From Octopus vulgaris (lineage: Eukaryota): DNA of 64,000 nucleotides. The translations under genes and the position numbers were made by a program. Below, piece after piece: positions 24,490-40,410 of this stretch. Numbering within the stretch: position 1 is the stretch's first letter; every line of letters starts with the position of its first letter. The stretch spans positions 41,602,001 to 41,666,000 of the forward strand of contig OX597822.1 of NCBI GenBank assembly GCA_951406725.2. Reading direction: 5' to 3'. The notes beneath the pieces are model-generated. The model was not told where the DNA came from. It saw only the letters and a list, made by a program, of their open reading frames with translations, and did not search any database.

Positions 24490-24740
24490 TAATCTCTCTC
24501 TCTCTCTCTGCCTTTGTCCCTCCCTTCCTCCCTCTCTCTCTCTGAATTTTGTCCCTCCCTTCCTCCCTCTCTCTCTGACTTTGTCCCTCCCTTTCTCTCT
24601 CACTCTCTGCCTTTGTCCCTCCTTTTCTCTCTCTCTCTCTCTGCCTTTGTCTCTCCCTTTCTCTCTCTTTCTGCCTTTGTCCCTCGTTTCTCTCTCTCTC
24701 TCTCTCTCTGCCTTTGTCCCTCACTTTCTCTCTCTCACTC
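24490..24740. repeat. Pyrimidine-rich minisatellite (CT)n-GCCTTTGTCCCT
   Basis: About 7 imperfect units. Confidence 0.85.
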
Positions 24741-24992
24741 TTTGTATGTGTATACTTCTGCACGTATATATATATATGTGTGTGTGTGTGTGTTTGTGTG
24801 TGTGTGTACGTGTGTGTGTGTGTGTGTCTATGTATGTGTATGTGTGTGTTTGCCTTCAGCGCAAAACAAGCTGAATGTCCAATCAGCCGTGCCAAGTCGT
24901 CAGCTTGAAAAACAGCTGCACCCGATTGACTCATTCCGTAAACCAGGTAGGTGGTGTGTGTATGTGTCATGTATATTATTGTGTATAGGCAT

Positions 24993-25023
<31 letters not shown>

Positions 25024-25130
25024 TACAGCAATGTGTGTACGTGTTTGTGCGTGCGTGTGTGTCTATGTGTTCATCATCATCATCATTATTATTATTATCA
25101 TTATTATAATTATTGTTGTTATTATTATTA

Positions 25131-25183
<53 letters not shown>

Positions 25184-25505
25184 TGTTGGAAATCCTGGAG
25201 TCTTGCATGTATAGCTGGCTTGCTACCTGCAGCCTACGGTACCGTGCTATCTGTTATTTTCAATTATCTAATTCTGATTACGTATTATTATTCTGATTAT
25301 TCTGACCGTGCCCAGGAGGTACAGTTCTCCTGGGCACTTTGTTCCCACTTCCTTTACATCCTCTTGATGCCTTCTGATACTAACCCCCCCTTCACTTTTC
25401 AGGAATAATTGATACTATCTTCATCTTCTTTATTTTCCACAGTCGACCTGTCTTGCATTTAAGTGGGTTGTTATACGTCTATGTTTTTTGCCTTCCTTCT
25501 TGACT
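25184..25505 (-). pseudogene. REL LINE 3' end fragment in (TAA)n
   Basis: Minus strand LLGTVRIIR resembles the R4/Dong C-terminus; (TAA)n on both sides. Confidence 0.55.
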
Positions 25506-25530
25506 AATATTATTATTATTATTATTATTA

Positions 25531-25608
<78 letters not shown>

Positions 25609-27063
25609 TATGTTTGACTTTTGCTTTATGTTTGTACAAGTTGGCTCCAAGTCTCACCCAGAGACTTCAAGAGACAACAGGTTGGAAGTTCACGTTGTTG
25701 TTATGCCTAGTGTGCCATATATTTGGGGTTTTTTTGGTGTTGTACTAGTGAATGTCTAATAAATAAATTTTTAAAAAAAAGTTTGTTTTAAACCTTGAGA
25801 TTACATAGAGAGTATTTTGCGTAGGATATGAGCAGTTCCCATGAGCACTATCTTTTGAATTTCTGCCATTTTTGGGTTTCCTGGTATCTGAGTTAGGTAG
25901 CAATCAGCCCCTTTCGCTATCATTCCCAGGGCACCTATGACAACAGGTATTGTTTTAGTCTTCAAGTTCCACATTTTGCTGATTTCTATTTCAAGATCTT
26001 TATATTTGCTCAGTTTTTGGTAGGTCTTGACAGATACGTTTATATCGATTGGGAGTCATATCAATGAGGAGGCTTGTTCTTTGTCTGAAGTCTTTCAATA
26101 TGTCTGGCGTGTTTGCATCTATCTTTCTGTCAGTTTGAATGGTGAAGTTCCAGAGGAGTGAGATGTGGTCATTTTCAAGCACTGGAGGTGGATTGTGTTC
26201 CCACCAGTTTTTTCATGGGGCAAATCCAGGTTTTTGCAAATTACCCAGTGAATATATTGTGCAGCTCTATCATGCCTGTTGAGGTACTCTGTAGGCGCTA
26301 GAAGACTGCACTTGGAGACAACATGATCAGTGGTTTCATTTTGTTGTCGACATACACGACATGTTGGGCTACTGCCGTTCTTTAATATGTTGGCCTGGTA
26401 GTTTCTTGTTGGTAGGCATTGATCTTTAGCTGCTATGATAAACCCTTCTGTTTTAGATTTTAAGCCAGAGGCCATTAGTCATTGATGGGTCAGGGCTTTG
26501 TCAATATCTGCATTATTCGCTCTCTTTGGGTATTTGCCATAGAGAGGTTTTTCTTGCCATTTATTATTCAGAATATCTAAGGCCGCAGTTTTGGCACAGG
26601 TTTTCATGCGCTTAGCTTTTTCTGTGCTTGTTTCTTGTATGACTATCTCTAATTCCGAAATTTGTTGTATTCGGAATTCACTTAGATATTTCTTTGGCTG
26701 TTTTGTTACTGAGTATGATGCTTTCTTGTTTTCATGTTTTGAGACAAGTTTTAACATCCAGTTCTCAGACTTTTTCAGGTAGGTGTCTAGGCCAATTGTA
26801 GCAATCTTCATTGTTATTGCCAGTTGTAAAAGACCACGGCCTCCCTCTTTTCTTGGCAGATAAAATCGTTCTGTATCTGCCTTAGGGTGGTGCATTCTAT
26901 GCATTGTCAACAGTTTTCGTATTTTTCTGTCAAGCTGACATATTTCAGTAATTGACCAGTTAACGATATTGAAACTGTAAGTCACGACTGGTATGGCTAA
27001 TGCATTGATCGCTTCGATCCTGATTCTCGCATTCAGCTCTGTCTTGAGTATTGCTCTCACTCT
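25609..27063 (-). mobile_element. 5'-truncated R4/Dong-like LINE
   Basis: MHHPKAD, RKEGGRGL, KPLYGKY, CRVC..ETTDHVVSKC, RHD, PDI...LLID motifs; (TAA)n on both sides; frameshifts. Confidence 0.9.
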
Positions 27064-27083
27064 TATTATCATTATTATTATTA

Positions 27084-27147
<64 letters not shown>

Positions 27148-27204
27148 CATCATTATCATCATCATTATTATCATCATCATCATCATCATCATCATTATCA
27201 TTAA

Positions 27205-27267
<63 letters not shown>

Positions 27268-27365
27268 CATCATCATCATCATCATTATTATCATCCTCAT
27301 CATCATCATGATCATCATGATCATCATGATCATCATCATCATCATTATCATCATCATCATCATCA

Positions 27366-27417
<52 letters not shown>

Positions 27418-27439
27418 CATCTTCATCATCATCATTATT

Positions 27440-27850
27440 TTTATTAAATTTTACTTCTCAGAGCTCTCTTACTTGCTCTGGTTAATTCTGTAAGAGGGGA
27501 CAGCAACTTGTTGTCAAAGGTCTCACGGGGTCTCTTCCTACGAATTATAAGACTTGATACTTAGATATTAGATATCATGGAAGATACCTAACACCAAAGT
27601 ATCAATTTCAAAATCCTCGCTGTTCCCAATATAACAGCTTTTTAGCATGCTCTACCCTCTTATCAATTCCAATTTCTCAAACTTCATTGTTAGTGCTCCG
27701 AGTCCCCCTACAACTATTGGAAAGACAGTTTCTTTCTTCATTGCCTACATTCTTGCAATTTAGTAACCTTCATTTTTCCAACCCTTTTGTCACCTACGCG
27801 TGCGTTCCCGGGTATGGCAATATCTATAATCTTAGTTTCTTTCTACCTTT
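27440..27850 (-). pseudogene. Decayed REL LINE 3' end
   Basis: Minus strand PIVVGDS.. and KAVILGTARIL; next to (TAA)n. Confidence 0.65.
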
Positions 27851-27883
27851 TATCCACTACAATTATCATTATCACTATTATTA

Positions 27884-28927
<1,044 letters not shown>

Positions 28928-28928
28928 A

Positions 28929-29679
<751 letters not shown>

Positions 29680-29685
<6 letters not shown>

Positions 29686-30058
29686 GTGTATATATGGTCA
29701 TGGGTTCATTCCCACTGCGCGGCACCTTGAGCAAGTGTCATCAACTATAAACCCCGGCTCGACCAAGCCTCATGAGTGGATCTGGTGGAGAGAAACTGAA
29801 AGAAACCCGTCGTATATACATGTATGCGTGTATGTGCGTGTCTTTGCGTTTGTGTTTATTATCCACAACTTGACAACTGGTATTAGTTTGTTTATGTCCC
29901 CATAATTCGGCAGTTTAGCAAAACAAACCGAAAGAATAAGGAGCAGGCTTTAAAAAAAATAAGTACTGGGGTCGATGAATTCAACTAAACTCTTCAAGGC
30001 GGTGCCCCAGCATGGTCGCTACCCAACAGCTGAAACAAATGATAAGAATGATAAGAAA
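29680..30058 (+). mobile_element. SINE family A
   Basis: Similar to 5626-6057. Confidence 0.8.
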
Positions 30059-30141
30059 TAGCAGAGATTGCGATATTCTCTCTTGATGTTAGTTCTAAAC
30101 ACCTACCACACAGACACACACACACACACGCACGCACACGC

Positions 30142-30198
<57 letters not shown>

Positions 30199-30219
30199 AC
30201 AGCGCATACATAATTTTAC

Positions 30220-30257
<38 letters not shown>

Positions 30258-30263
30258 GTGTGT

Positions 30264-30551
30264 GTGGAGGCGCAATGGCCCAATGGTTAGGGCAGCGGAC
30301 TCGCGGTTGTAGGATCACGGTTTTGATTCCCAGACCGGGCGTTGTGAGTGTTTATTGAGCGAAAACACCTAAAAGCTCCACGAGGCTCCGGCAGGGTGGT
30401 GGTGATCCCTGCTGTATTCTTTCACCACTCTTTCTTCCGTTGGCCTGCTCGCTTAGCCAGCGGGGTGGCGTCATTCGAAGGCTAAAACAATGCAAATGCA
30501 TTGTGACCAGCGATGTGTAACTACATCTGATGGACTGGTCGGTCACGTGAT

Positions 30552-30558
<7 letters not shown>
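30264..30558 (+). mobile_element. SINE family D
   Basis: tRNA-like head TGGCCCAATGGTTAGG...GGTTTTGATTCCC; related head at 49798. Confidence 0.8.
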
Positions 30559-30600
<42 letters not shown>

Positions 30601-30603
<3 letters not shown>

Positions 30604-30787
30604 TCTTTTATTCTTTTACTTGATTCAGTCATTTGAAGTTTTAGTCGAAGAAATCGACCCCAGGACTTAGTCTTTGTAAGTCTTGTACATATTCTATCAT
30701 TCTCTTTGCTGAACTGCTAAGTTACAGGGACATAAACATACCAGCATCGGTTGTCAAGCGAAATCAGGGGAGATGACAAATACAGAA

Positions 30788-30800
<13 letters not shown>
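30601..30800 (-). mobile_element. SINE family A 3' half (matching 5' half at 32356-32500)
   Basis: The two halves are separated by a mariner and a PLE fragment inside the internal microsatellite. Confidence 0.75.
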
Positions 30801-30828
<28 letters not shown>

Positions 30829-30829
30829 C

Positions 30830-32058
30830 ATCAGGTCATACCATGAGTTCTATCCGATTTTACCTTTTTTTAAATTGAATGAAATTCAATATTTTAGAAT
30901 GTCTAATGGTATTAAAAATTATTTTTATGTATTTATGTACATTTAAACTAATTAAATATTATTTTACAGAATAATAGAATTAAAATTTCTTTGATTAAAA
31001 CCCTTTCTAATATGGAAGTATCTAAAGAGTATTTGAGGCACATAATTCTTTATGAGTACAAAAAAGGAAACTCTGCAGCGGAACCGACTCGAAACATACA
31101 CTCAGTTTATGGGAAAGAATGCTTGAATGAAAGAACTTGCAGAAGATGGTTTGCAAAATTCAGAAGTGGAGATTTCAGCCTTGAAGATGAAGATCGAACA
31201 GGACGTCCAGTTGAGTTTGATGATAAGCTTCTTGAGGCATTACTTGAAGAAAATCCTGCATTATCAGTTGAAGAACTGGCAATAAAACTTAGTTCAAACC
31301 ATACAACTGTTCATTGTCATCTTCAACAACTTGGAAAGGTTCCGAAACTTGGAAAATGGGTGACTCATGAATTGTTCGAAAGCAACCGCAAATCCCGAGT
31401 TGACATCTGCTCTTCTCTCCATTCTCGCGAACTCATTTCATCCTTTTTGGATAGACTTGTGACTGGTGACGAAAAATGGATCTTCTATTGAAATGTTAAA
31501 CATCGTAAACAGTGGCTTGGTGAAAGGGAAAAAGCTCAACCACAACCGAGAAGGAAACTTCATGGGGGAAAAGGTTCTTCTCTCTCTATCTGGTGGGTTT
31601 GCAAAGGAGTAATAAATGCTCAAATCTGCTGTCAGCATTTAGAGCTTTTGAAACAAGCTTTGAAAAAAAAAAGGAGTGATGTTTCATCAGGACAAGGTGC
31701 AACCCCACACTGCAAAGATCACATCACAGAAGATCGAAGAGCTTGGTTGCGAAAAATTTCCTCATCCACCCTATTCTGCCGACCTTGCTCCTTCAGACCA
31801 CCATTTATTTCGTAGTTTACAGAATCATTTGGTGGACATAACTTTCGCAAGCCAGAAGGGGGTCGAACCTGACATTTCAGAGTTTTTCGCTTTGAAACCA
31901 AAAGAGTTTTACGTTGATTGGATTTAAAAGCTTGCAAATAGATGGAAGGAAGTCATAGATAATCAGGGAAAGTACATTGATGATTAAATTTCAATTAAAT
32001 ATAACATTTGATCACTTGTTTCCTTTATTCAAAATTCGGGCAGAACTTTTGAGATGAC

Positions 32059-32063
<5 letters not shown>
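30830..32063 (+). mobile_element. Mariner (DD34D) transposon with both TIRs and pseudogenised transposase (about 31012-31987)
   Basis: TIRs ATCAGGTCAT...AGTTCT.CCGA.TTTT, TA flanks; WVTHEL, TGDEKW, HQDKVQPH, YSADLAPSD; stop at 31489 and frameshifts. Confidence 0.95.
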
Positions 32064-32096
<33 letters not shown>

Positions 32097-32099
<3 letters not shown>

Positions 32100-32277
32100 A
32101 GAGTTTACGAAAAAAACAAAAGACGAAGACAGGTGGTGTATAAAACAAACAGATGTATTAGTATAACGCTCAGGAATAGAAAAGTGTTTTACGTTTCGAG
32201 CCTACGCTCTTCTACAGAAAGGGACACAGAAAAAACAAGGAGAAAAAAACATGTGTGTAGTGGCTAACGATCTATCA
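32097..32277 (-). mobile_element. PLE pseudo-LTR fragment with minimal hammerhead (32187-32220)
   Basis: UUU-CUGUAGA-A-GAGC-GUAG-GCUC-GAAA-CG-UA-AAA; TA-flanked; homologous to 42965-43150 and 56040-56280. Confidence 0.8.
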
Positions 32278-32355
32278 TATATATATGCATATACATATGA
32301 ATATATATATATACATATACATATACACATATATATATATACATATGCATTCATA

Positions 32356-32500
32356 TACGACGGGCTATGTTGAGTTTCTATCTACCAAATCCACTCACAG
32401 ATCCTTGGTTGGCCCGAGCCTATAATAGAAAACACTTGCTCAAGGAGCCACGCAGTGGGAATGAACCCGGAACCATGTGGTTGGGAACAAGCTTCTTATC
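32356..32500 (-). mobile_element. SINE family A, 5' half
   Basis: Reverse complement of the head. Confidence 0.8.
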
Positions 32501-32628
32501 ATGCAAAAAATGTATGTATGTTTTTACGTATGTCGCAGAGCATGTATACGTGTATATAAGAGAGTATACATACATACATACATACATACATACATACATA
32601 CATACATACATACATACATACGTGTATG

Positions 32629-32675
<47 letters not shown>

Positions 32676-33499
32676 TATATATATTTGGGCAGTAAAGAAA
32701 TATATATATATATATATATATGGTACAGAGTACTCTATTCTTTATCTATACTCGTTATATACATCCATCAAAAGCATTGCCTGTGTGCATATCTGTGTGT
32801 GTATGTATGCCTGATGTCGCCATCTCTGTCCATATGTTTGTGTATATATATATGTGTTTACATATGCATTTTTATTTAAGTATACGTATATGCATGTTTG
32901 CATGTGCACGTGTATGTCTGTAAGCTTAAAGAGATGAGCGAGAGAGGAAGAACAAGAGAACGAGAATAAACAACATGCGAACGAAAGAGATGGTGAGATA
33001 AAAGAGTATTGGTAATACAGAGGAGGCAACATTAAAGTCATCTCCTTTTAAGTGAAGGAACTGGGAGACGAATGAGTAATGTGATCACATAATATATAGA
33101 ATAATATTGACGAAGAAACAAAATATGAACGAACGAGAACAAAATGGACGTCTGGCAGTGAATATATCATGGAAGGAAAAAATCTAAGTAGAGAAGAAAA
33201 TATTATGTATGAAAAAATAAAACGAAAATGGACGAGACATCGTGAATAATCATAGTCGCTCTGGTTTCATCAAATTTCAATGAATCAAGCAGCACCATAT
33301 TATGAAGGGGAGATATGTTTAAGGTTGGCGCCATTTCCAGTAATTTTCGATGTGGTTAATGGCCGCTAGTTAGAACTGGACTTCCTCACCAAGAAGAACT
33401 TGGTGCGGTGCGGTGTGCTTTGGTGTGGTGAGGTGGGGGCAGGGGGTGAAATGAGTCATATGTGAGCTCTTTCTCTCGACCCTCACTAGATGATATGCA

Positions 33500-33532
<33 letters not shown>

Positions 33533-33842
33533 CATACGTATTTATGCATATGCATGCATTATACATATATATATACATATGTATACATATATATATATAT
33601 ATGCATGTATAAACATATACATATATATATATAATATATATTATATATGTTATATATATATATATATATACTATATATTACATATTTATATATAATATAT
33701 ATGTATATATATGATATATATTATATATTATGTATCTACTATATAAGTACGTAAGCATGTATGTATACATTTATATACATATATATATACACGCACATAC
33801 GCATATATGTACGTATTTATATATATATACATACATACAAAC

Positions 33843-33903
<61 letters not shown>

Positions 33904-33921
33904 TATGTATGTATATATATA

Positions 33922-33960
<39 letters not shown>

Positions 33961-34372
33961 GGGCGTTTTGTTTGGGTGTATGTGTACATGGACATATAAA
34001 CACATTAATTCAAGTATACTTACAACTTACGTAGAAATGAATGCAATATATCACAGAATTTCTGTCACATGCACACACATACACACACATACGCACACGC
34101 ACACATACACACACGTACACATTCGCATGCATGCATGCGTATACTGTGTGAGTGTATACATATACTTATGTGTGTGTATTAGCTGTGTTTATATCTGTAA
34201 ATATTATAGCTAAACTCATTAATACTCATATGCTTATATATTTGTGTTCACACATATACACACATATTTATCTATTTGAAAGAATACATATATTTCCCCA
34301 ACATTAATATATAGTCAACTGTTTTTCTCCTATTGTGTGTGTGTATGGATGGAGGGACGGATGAATGTATGT

Positions 34373-34440
<68 letters not shown>

Positions 34441-34470
34441 TATATATATACATATATACATATATATATA

Positions 34471-34540
<70 letters not shown>

Positions 34541-34615
34541 TATTTATACATATACATATATATATGCTATGTGTATTTGTATATGTATATATAAGTATAT
34601 CTGTGTCTGTGTGAG

Positions 34616-34713
<98 letters not shown>

Positions 34714-34984
34714 GCTATATATGCATACTAAAATACTGCAGAGACTAGAGTATCACATACGGTAATACAGAGAGAGTTGAAAATCTTAGCCAAGATTAAC
34801 CTCACCACTGGATAACAAAAGCTCCCTCTGGCAGTGTTGCAATTCTAACAAGGGCGATAAGCCACTAAAGAGCTATTTCAGATTTGTGGAAAATAAAGAT
34901 CACGCTTTTCCCGATAGGAAAACAAACGAATGTCTCATCAGCAAAATATATTCTATTCACTTGACAAGACTGGATGTTCAATAT

Positions 34985-35232
34985 AAATGGAAACTATGAA
35001 GAAGCCTTTCGTATGTGTATGCCTTTGTGTCTGTACTTGTCTCTCTTACACAACGCCTGGAACAGGTCTTAGTTTGGTTAAGTCCTTTTCACTTAGCGAT
35101 TCGGGAAAAGAACCCCGATAGAATGAGTGCCATACTTAAAATCTAATCACTAGGATCGATCTAAAATCTCTTCAATGCAGCGCCCCAGACTAGCCTTAGT
35201 CTAATGACTGAAACAAGTAAAAGATAGAAGAT
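34985..35232 (+). mobile_element. Old SINE family A copy
   Basis: Diverged body and TGACTGAAACAAGTAAAAGA tail. Confidence 0.7.
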
Positions 35233-35365
35233 AAGCGATAATAACTAGTTATAAACATAAGCGTTCCTGTCACACTCACACACACATATATACACATTTA
35301 TATATACACACACACACACTAACACACACATATACACACAGACACACACGTATCAACTATTTTCT

Positions 35366-35432
35366 TATAAGAGTTGTCTGCTTTGTGTTATGCCGTGCTG
35401 ATGATTCCTAAGGAGGATGAAACAACGCTATA
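35366..35432 (+). ncRNA. Degenerate type III-like hammerhead motif
   Basis: GUUG-UC(35378)...CUGAUGA(35398-35404)-UUCCU-AAGG-AGGAU-GAAA-CAAC; stem I weak. Confidence 0.4.
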
Positions 35433-36047
35433 CATTACCACTAACGACTCGAAATTTTAACTTCTTTATAATGTGAATGACAAAAGAAATATTGAATATG
35501 TTGCGCACATGCGTTACTCCTTGATTCAAATTTCAAATTTACAAAATTAATTTAATCTTGAAGGGATTGTCTCCCCTTTGGTTGTTGACCATCAAAGTTA
35601 TATTACGTGCTTGAACTACTGCGATTTCTTAAAATATCCACTGAAAATCAACGACAACGGTCACAGCGAGATGAACATGAAGAATGTTTCTTCTAACTCA
35701 TCATGAGAGATAGGCCCATAGAATGAGTCTATAAGAAAAGGCCCATCCTACAGGTCCATCCTACACATCTCTGTATATCTTCTCATCAGCCTTCTATTAT
35801 CTCGCAATCACACCAAATATTTCACCCAATTTTTTCCCTTCAATTTCACCCCCCGGAATTCTCACTCTGCTCATATCTTATCTTACATTCAACGACCTAT
35901 CGATGTACAAGGCGAACATAAGCCGTATTTCTCTAACCAGTCTGGGATGACATTCTAAAATTATGTGCAACCTTCCACCTTTCAGGACAAGAAAAATTCT
36001 TTCATGATTTTTTTTTTTTTTAACCTTTTCAATGTATTTCTGATTAC

Positions 36048-36240
36048 TATTAGCCTTCGCGCGTAAGCGAAAGCAGGGTATTGTAATCACTCGTTTTTGT
36101 CTGTTTGTCTGTGTTTCCAAAATTACTGGAAAACAGCTGAACGGATTTTCACTACATTTGTCAGAAATACTCATTGGGTGAGTGGCACGAAATGATCATC
36201 TTTAAAGAAAAATTTTAATCGAACTTAAAAATTTCCCGAT
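36048..36240 (+). mobile_element. Helentron/DINE-1-like non-autonomous fragment
   Basis: Subterminal hairpin TTCGCGCGTAAGCGAA, TGTCTGTTTG microsatellite and CTGAACGGATTTTCA motif typical of such elements. Confidence 0.55.
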
Positions 36241-36643
36241 AAGCAAATGGTTATATTATTTTGTTCACTTTCTTTTCCATACGAATCGATCCTCGTCTGC
36301 GTGTGTATAGATCATGGTGTACTAACGTCCGTAGACACGTGTGGGTACATACATACAGACTGACAGACAGACATAGATATGCGACCGTGTATGCGTGTGT
36401 GTCGTGTGTGTGTGTGTGTGCGTGTGTACTGTGATGGATTTGAGGGTTTCGCTTATTTACGAGTTGGTTTCTTAATTTCACCAGAGTATACATACCTATA
36501 ATGGTGATACTTAAAGAAATAATAATAACTCAGTTCAATTAAAAAGCATGGGTAACACATCGTAAGTCACACTATAATTTACGAAAAAATTTATCTGCGC
36601 ATAGGGTGTGCATCGCCCCTCCTTTTTTTCATTAGTATTTTTA

Positions 36644-36835
36644 TATGTTTGACTTTTGTTTTGTATTTGTACAAATTGGCTCCAAATCTCACTTACATCA
36701 AGAGTCAAGTTAGAAGTTCAAGTTGGTGTTATGACTAGAGTGCCATGTATTTGGTTTTGAACAAAGTATTGTTCTAGAGAATGTTTAAAAAAACAAAATT
36801 TTTTATAAGTTTGCTTTAAAATATGGGATTACATT
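36644..36835 (-). repeat. 3' UTR fragment of the 25609-27063 LINE family
   Basis: Aligns to 25609-25805. Confidence 0.8.
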
Positions 36836-36876
36836 AATTTTATTATTATTACTATTGTTGTTGTTGTTATTATTAC

Positions 36877-37368
36877 TATTGAGTGAGATAAAAGTGCTTG
36901 CCATCAAAGTGACACTGGGATAAAACATACGAAATCCTGTATACCCATCATGACTACCCGTCTAATAAGGGTACACCAGGCACATGCACCTCAACCATAT
37001 GTGCAGGACATAGGGATCTCATATAAAGATAAACAGTGCATAAACTTGCAGATGTGGCCCAGTTAGAATTTTCTTCAGGTCGAGTACCCCATCCCGCTCA
37101 AATGGTCTTTGAATAAGAGTTGTTTAAGAATGTTGAACGAAACACCCATGTCTCCAGGGGTGTATTATTCAAGCCCCAAAGAATTCCTCTCAACACATGG
37201 CTATGATGCTCCCCCACTACTTCTGCGCGTGATCAAAGATGCACATATCGTCAGCCACTAAGGGACATGGTCAACTGGTTAAGGTCAAACAACTGACAAG
37301 CAAATCTGTGGTATTGAGCAGAATATTTATTGTAGCCCATCTTTTATACCAAAACAAAACAATGTACA
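36877..37368. mobile_element. Second copy of the 500-bp TAA-associated repeat
   Basis: Colinear with 27884-28387. Confidence 0.85.
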
Positions 37369-37371
37369 TTA

Positions 37372-37458
<87 letters not shown>

Positions 37459-37494
37459 ACATCAACATCATCATCATCATCACCATCATTATTA

Positions 37495-37975
37495 TAGTGA
37501 GCCGGCGGATTCGTTGGCACGCCGGGCAAAACGCTTAGCGGCATTTCGTCCGTCTTTTCGTTCTGAGTTCAAATTCCGCCGACGTCGACTTTGCCTTTCA
37601 TTCTTTCGGAGTCGATAAATTAAGTACCAGTAAAACACTGGGATCGATTTAATCGACTAATCCTGTCTCTCAAAATTTCAAGCCTTGTGCCTTAAATAGG
37701 AAGGATCATTATTATTATTATTATTGGTGGTGTTGTTGTTGTTGTTGTTATTATTATTATTATTACCGGGAGCCGGCGGAATCGTTAGCACGCAGGACGA
37801 AATATTTAGCAGCATTTCGCTCGTCTTTACGTTCTTCGTTTAAATTCCGCCGATGTCGACTTTGCCCTTCATCCTCTCGAGATCGATAAAATAAGTACCA
37901 GTTGACAGCCAGGGGTTGATATAACCGGTTTCCCCTCCCCTCAAAAACATCTGGCCCTGTGCAAAAATTTGAAGA
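37495..37975 (+). mobile_element. Two tandem SINE family B copies (about 37495-37705 and 37767-37975)
   Basis: GAGTTCAAATTCCGCC...GTCGACTTTGCC core. Confidence 0.85.
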
Positions 37976-38815
37976 AATTTTAAGATTTAACTATTCACAG
38001 GCACTTGTTATTATAGGGATTATTTGTTTTCAGTCCCTACATTAGGGTTGTCCCTATTTCAAGATCTTTATATTATCTTAAATAATTTCACTATTTTCAA
38101 AGTAATTTTATCATCTATTGGGATTGATACTTCCATTACGGGGCACTTCCTTTCCTTGTGGTAGTTGGCAATAATAACCAACCGATTAACTTTAATTCTG
38201 CTATTTTTTCACAACCATCGGAGCGCGGAGTTCATTACGAACGCACGTTCTTGAGATACTTGTGATCAATAATCAGTTTTGTGTAGGAACCGGAAAGATA
38301 GGTATGAACACGCAATGCGCATGTGCATCCTGAGTTCTTAAAATGGAACAGACGAATTAAAACGCAATGCACATGTCAAAATAAGACGGTAAAAAATAGT
38401 AAAACAAGTTATATGATGGTCTGTATGCTACGCCTGACCCCACAGTCGCACAGGTTTGCTGCAGTTTTATTGCTGTACACTAGCGCATCCTAGACTAACA
38501 TCGTTTTGTCTTTTTTCTCAAAACTTTCCAGGTGAATATCAAGACTGTAATGTTAGCCTAGCAGCAGTATGTCAAAGCCCCCACCTCTGCTATGCGTGTG
38601 GATATATTCTTGTTCTGACTAAATATGGACGACTAATGAAATATCGTTGACCGTTTCTTTCTCCAACTCCACACTCTTGTGGAGTTGCTGTATTCTGCTT
38701 CATTACATAGCTTTGGTGACGTCTGCTGAGAAGGCTTTAATTTTTATACAGCATCAAGAATCTTACCATCTCAGCTTTGGATCTTTCATTCCTCACAAGT
38801 CATTTGTGTGTGTTT

Positions 38816-38864
<49 letters not shown>

Positions 38865-39059
38865 CACATTTTTTAAGTACTGGCCATGTAGGAGCTTTCT
38901 TTGCTATGACTTTCACTTGTTATTATCCGCTAGTTTCGTTATTAACTTCATTTATAGTCTTTCATATTTATAGCTGTTTGTTTCTTTTTTCTCCTCACAA
39001 ATTTCTGCAACTTCAGATTCTGTTCCAAAACAGAAACATATTTTTATAGTTATTCCGCC

Positions 39060-39107
<48 letters not shown>

Positions 39108-39233
39108 GTAAGTATATATATATATATATATTCTTTTATTTGACTGCTGCCATGCTGGAGCACCGCCTTTAGTCGAACAACACTGCCTACTTTGCCTACC
39201 TAAGTGGCACGTCCCTGATACATACATATATAT

Positions 39234-40227
39234 AAGGTCGTCAAGTATGAAATTTGCTAATGTTTTATATACAAGGAATAGTTTTATTCATCAAAGTATG
39301 CACCCATATTGTCAATACACTTTTGCCATTTCAGCAGTAGCTTGTCCAGCCCGGAACTGTAAAACCCTGGCAATCTAAAGTCAATAAAATCTTGGAAAGC
39401 TTGTTTTACAGCATCGTCAGAATTAAATTTTTTTTCCTATCAAAAAGTTAACCAAATTCTAGATGAAGTGGTAGTCAGTGGGGGCAAGGTCAGGTGAATA
39501 TGGTGGGTGATGGAGAACTTCCAACTCCAACTCCTGTAATTTCGCCAATGTCATTTTTGCGATGTGTGGTCTGGCGTTGTCTTGCAATAAAATAGGAGTG
39601 GATCTGTTGACTAATCTAAACTAGGTTGGGTTTTTTTGGGGTTTTTTTTTTGGTCTTTGTTTTTTTGTTTGTTTTTTTTTGTAAGTTTCTGCATCATCTA
39701 GTCCAGTTGGCTGCAGTATACTTCGGCCGAGATTGATAAACCATGTCTAATGAAATCGTAATGGATCACGCCTGCGCCAGACCACCATCTGCTTCTTTTG
39801 ATGAATTTTGCTTTATGGATTCTCTTGGTGGCTCGACTTCGTTCAGCCATTGTGCTGGACGTTTACGGTTGTTGTATTGGATCCATTTCTCCTCAAATGT
39901 TGCAATTCGATTAAAAAAATGATTCATTTTTGTGACGAGAAAGTAGCACAATGCTGGCTTCCAAACGTTGCTGTTTCTGATTTTCATCGAGTCCATGTGG
40001 AATACATCCAACTTTTTCACTTTACCGATTTATCCATCTCTAAGCAAAAGTAGCAAGAAACGATTTATAAATACTTTATAAAGCGTAAAATGAGTTAGAA
40101 TAAAGAAATAGATGTGTCAGCTTTCTAACAAAAAAATTAGAATTGTCAAAATATAATAATGGCGCAAAATGAGCAGCTGTCAAAGTTTTCCATACACCTT
40201 ACTACAAATTTCATACTTGACGACCTG
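39234..40227 (-). mobile_element. Internally deleted mariner with both TIRs
   Basis: 22-bp TIR AGGTCGTCAAGTATGAAATTTG; minus strand QDNARPH and HPPYSPDLAPTDY. Confidence 0.93.
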
Positions 40228-40302
<75 letters not shown>

Positions 40303-40357
40303 TATACAGAGAGAGAGACAGACGGACAGGGGGAGGGAGAGAGAAGCAGAGAGACAG

Positions 40358-40410
<53 letters not shown>

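Noticed and set aside
26479-27435. 318-aa ORF with a poly-Met/Ile N-terminus fused to a LINE protein
   Set aside because: In-frame read-through of the target microsatellite into a truncated LINE.
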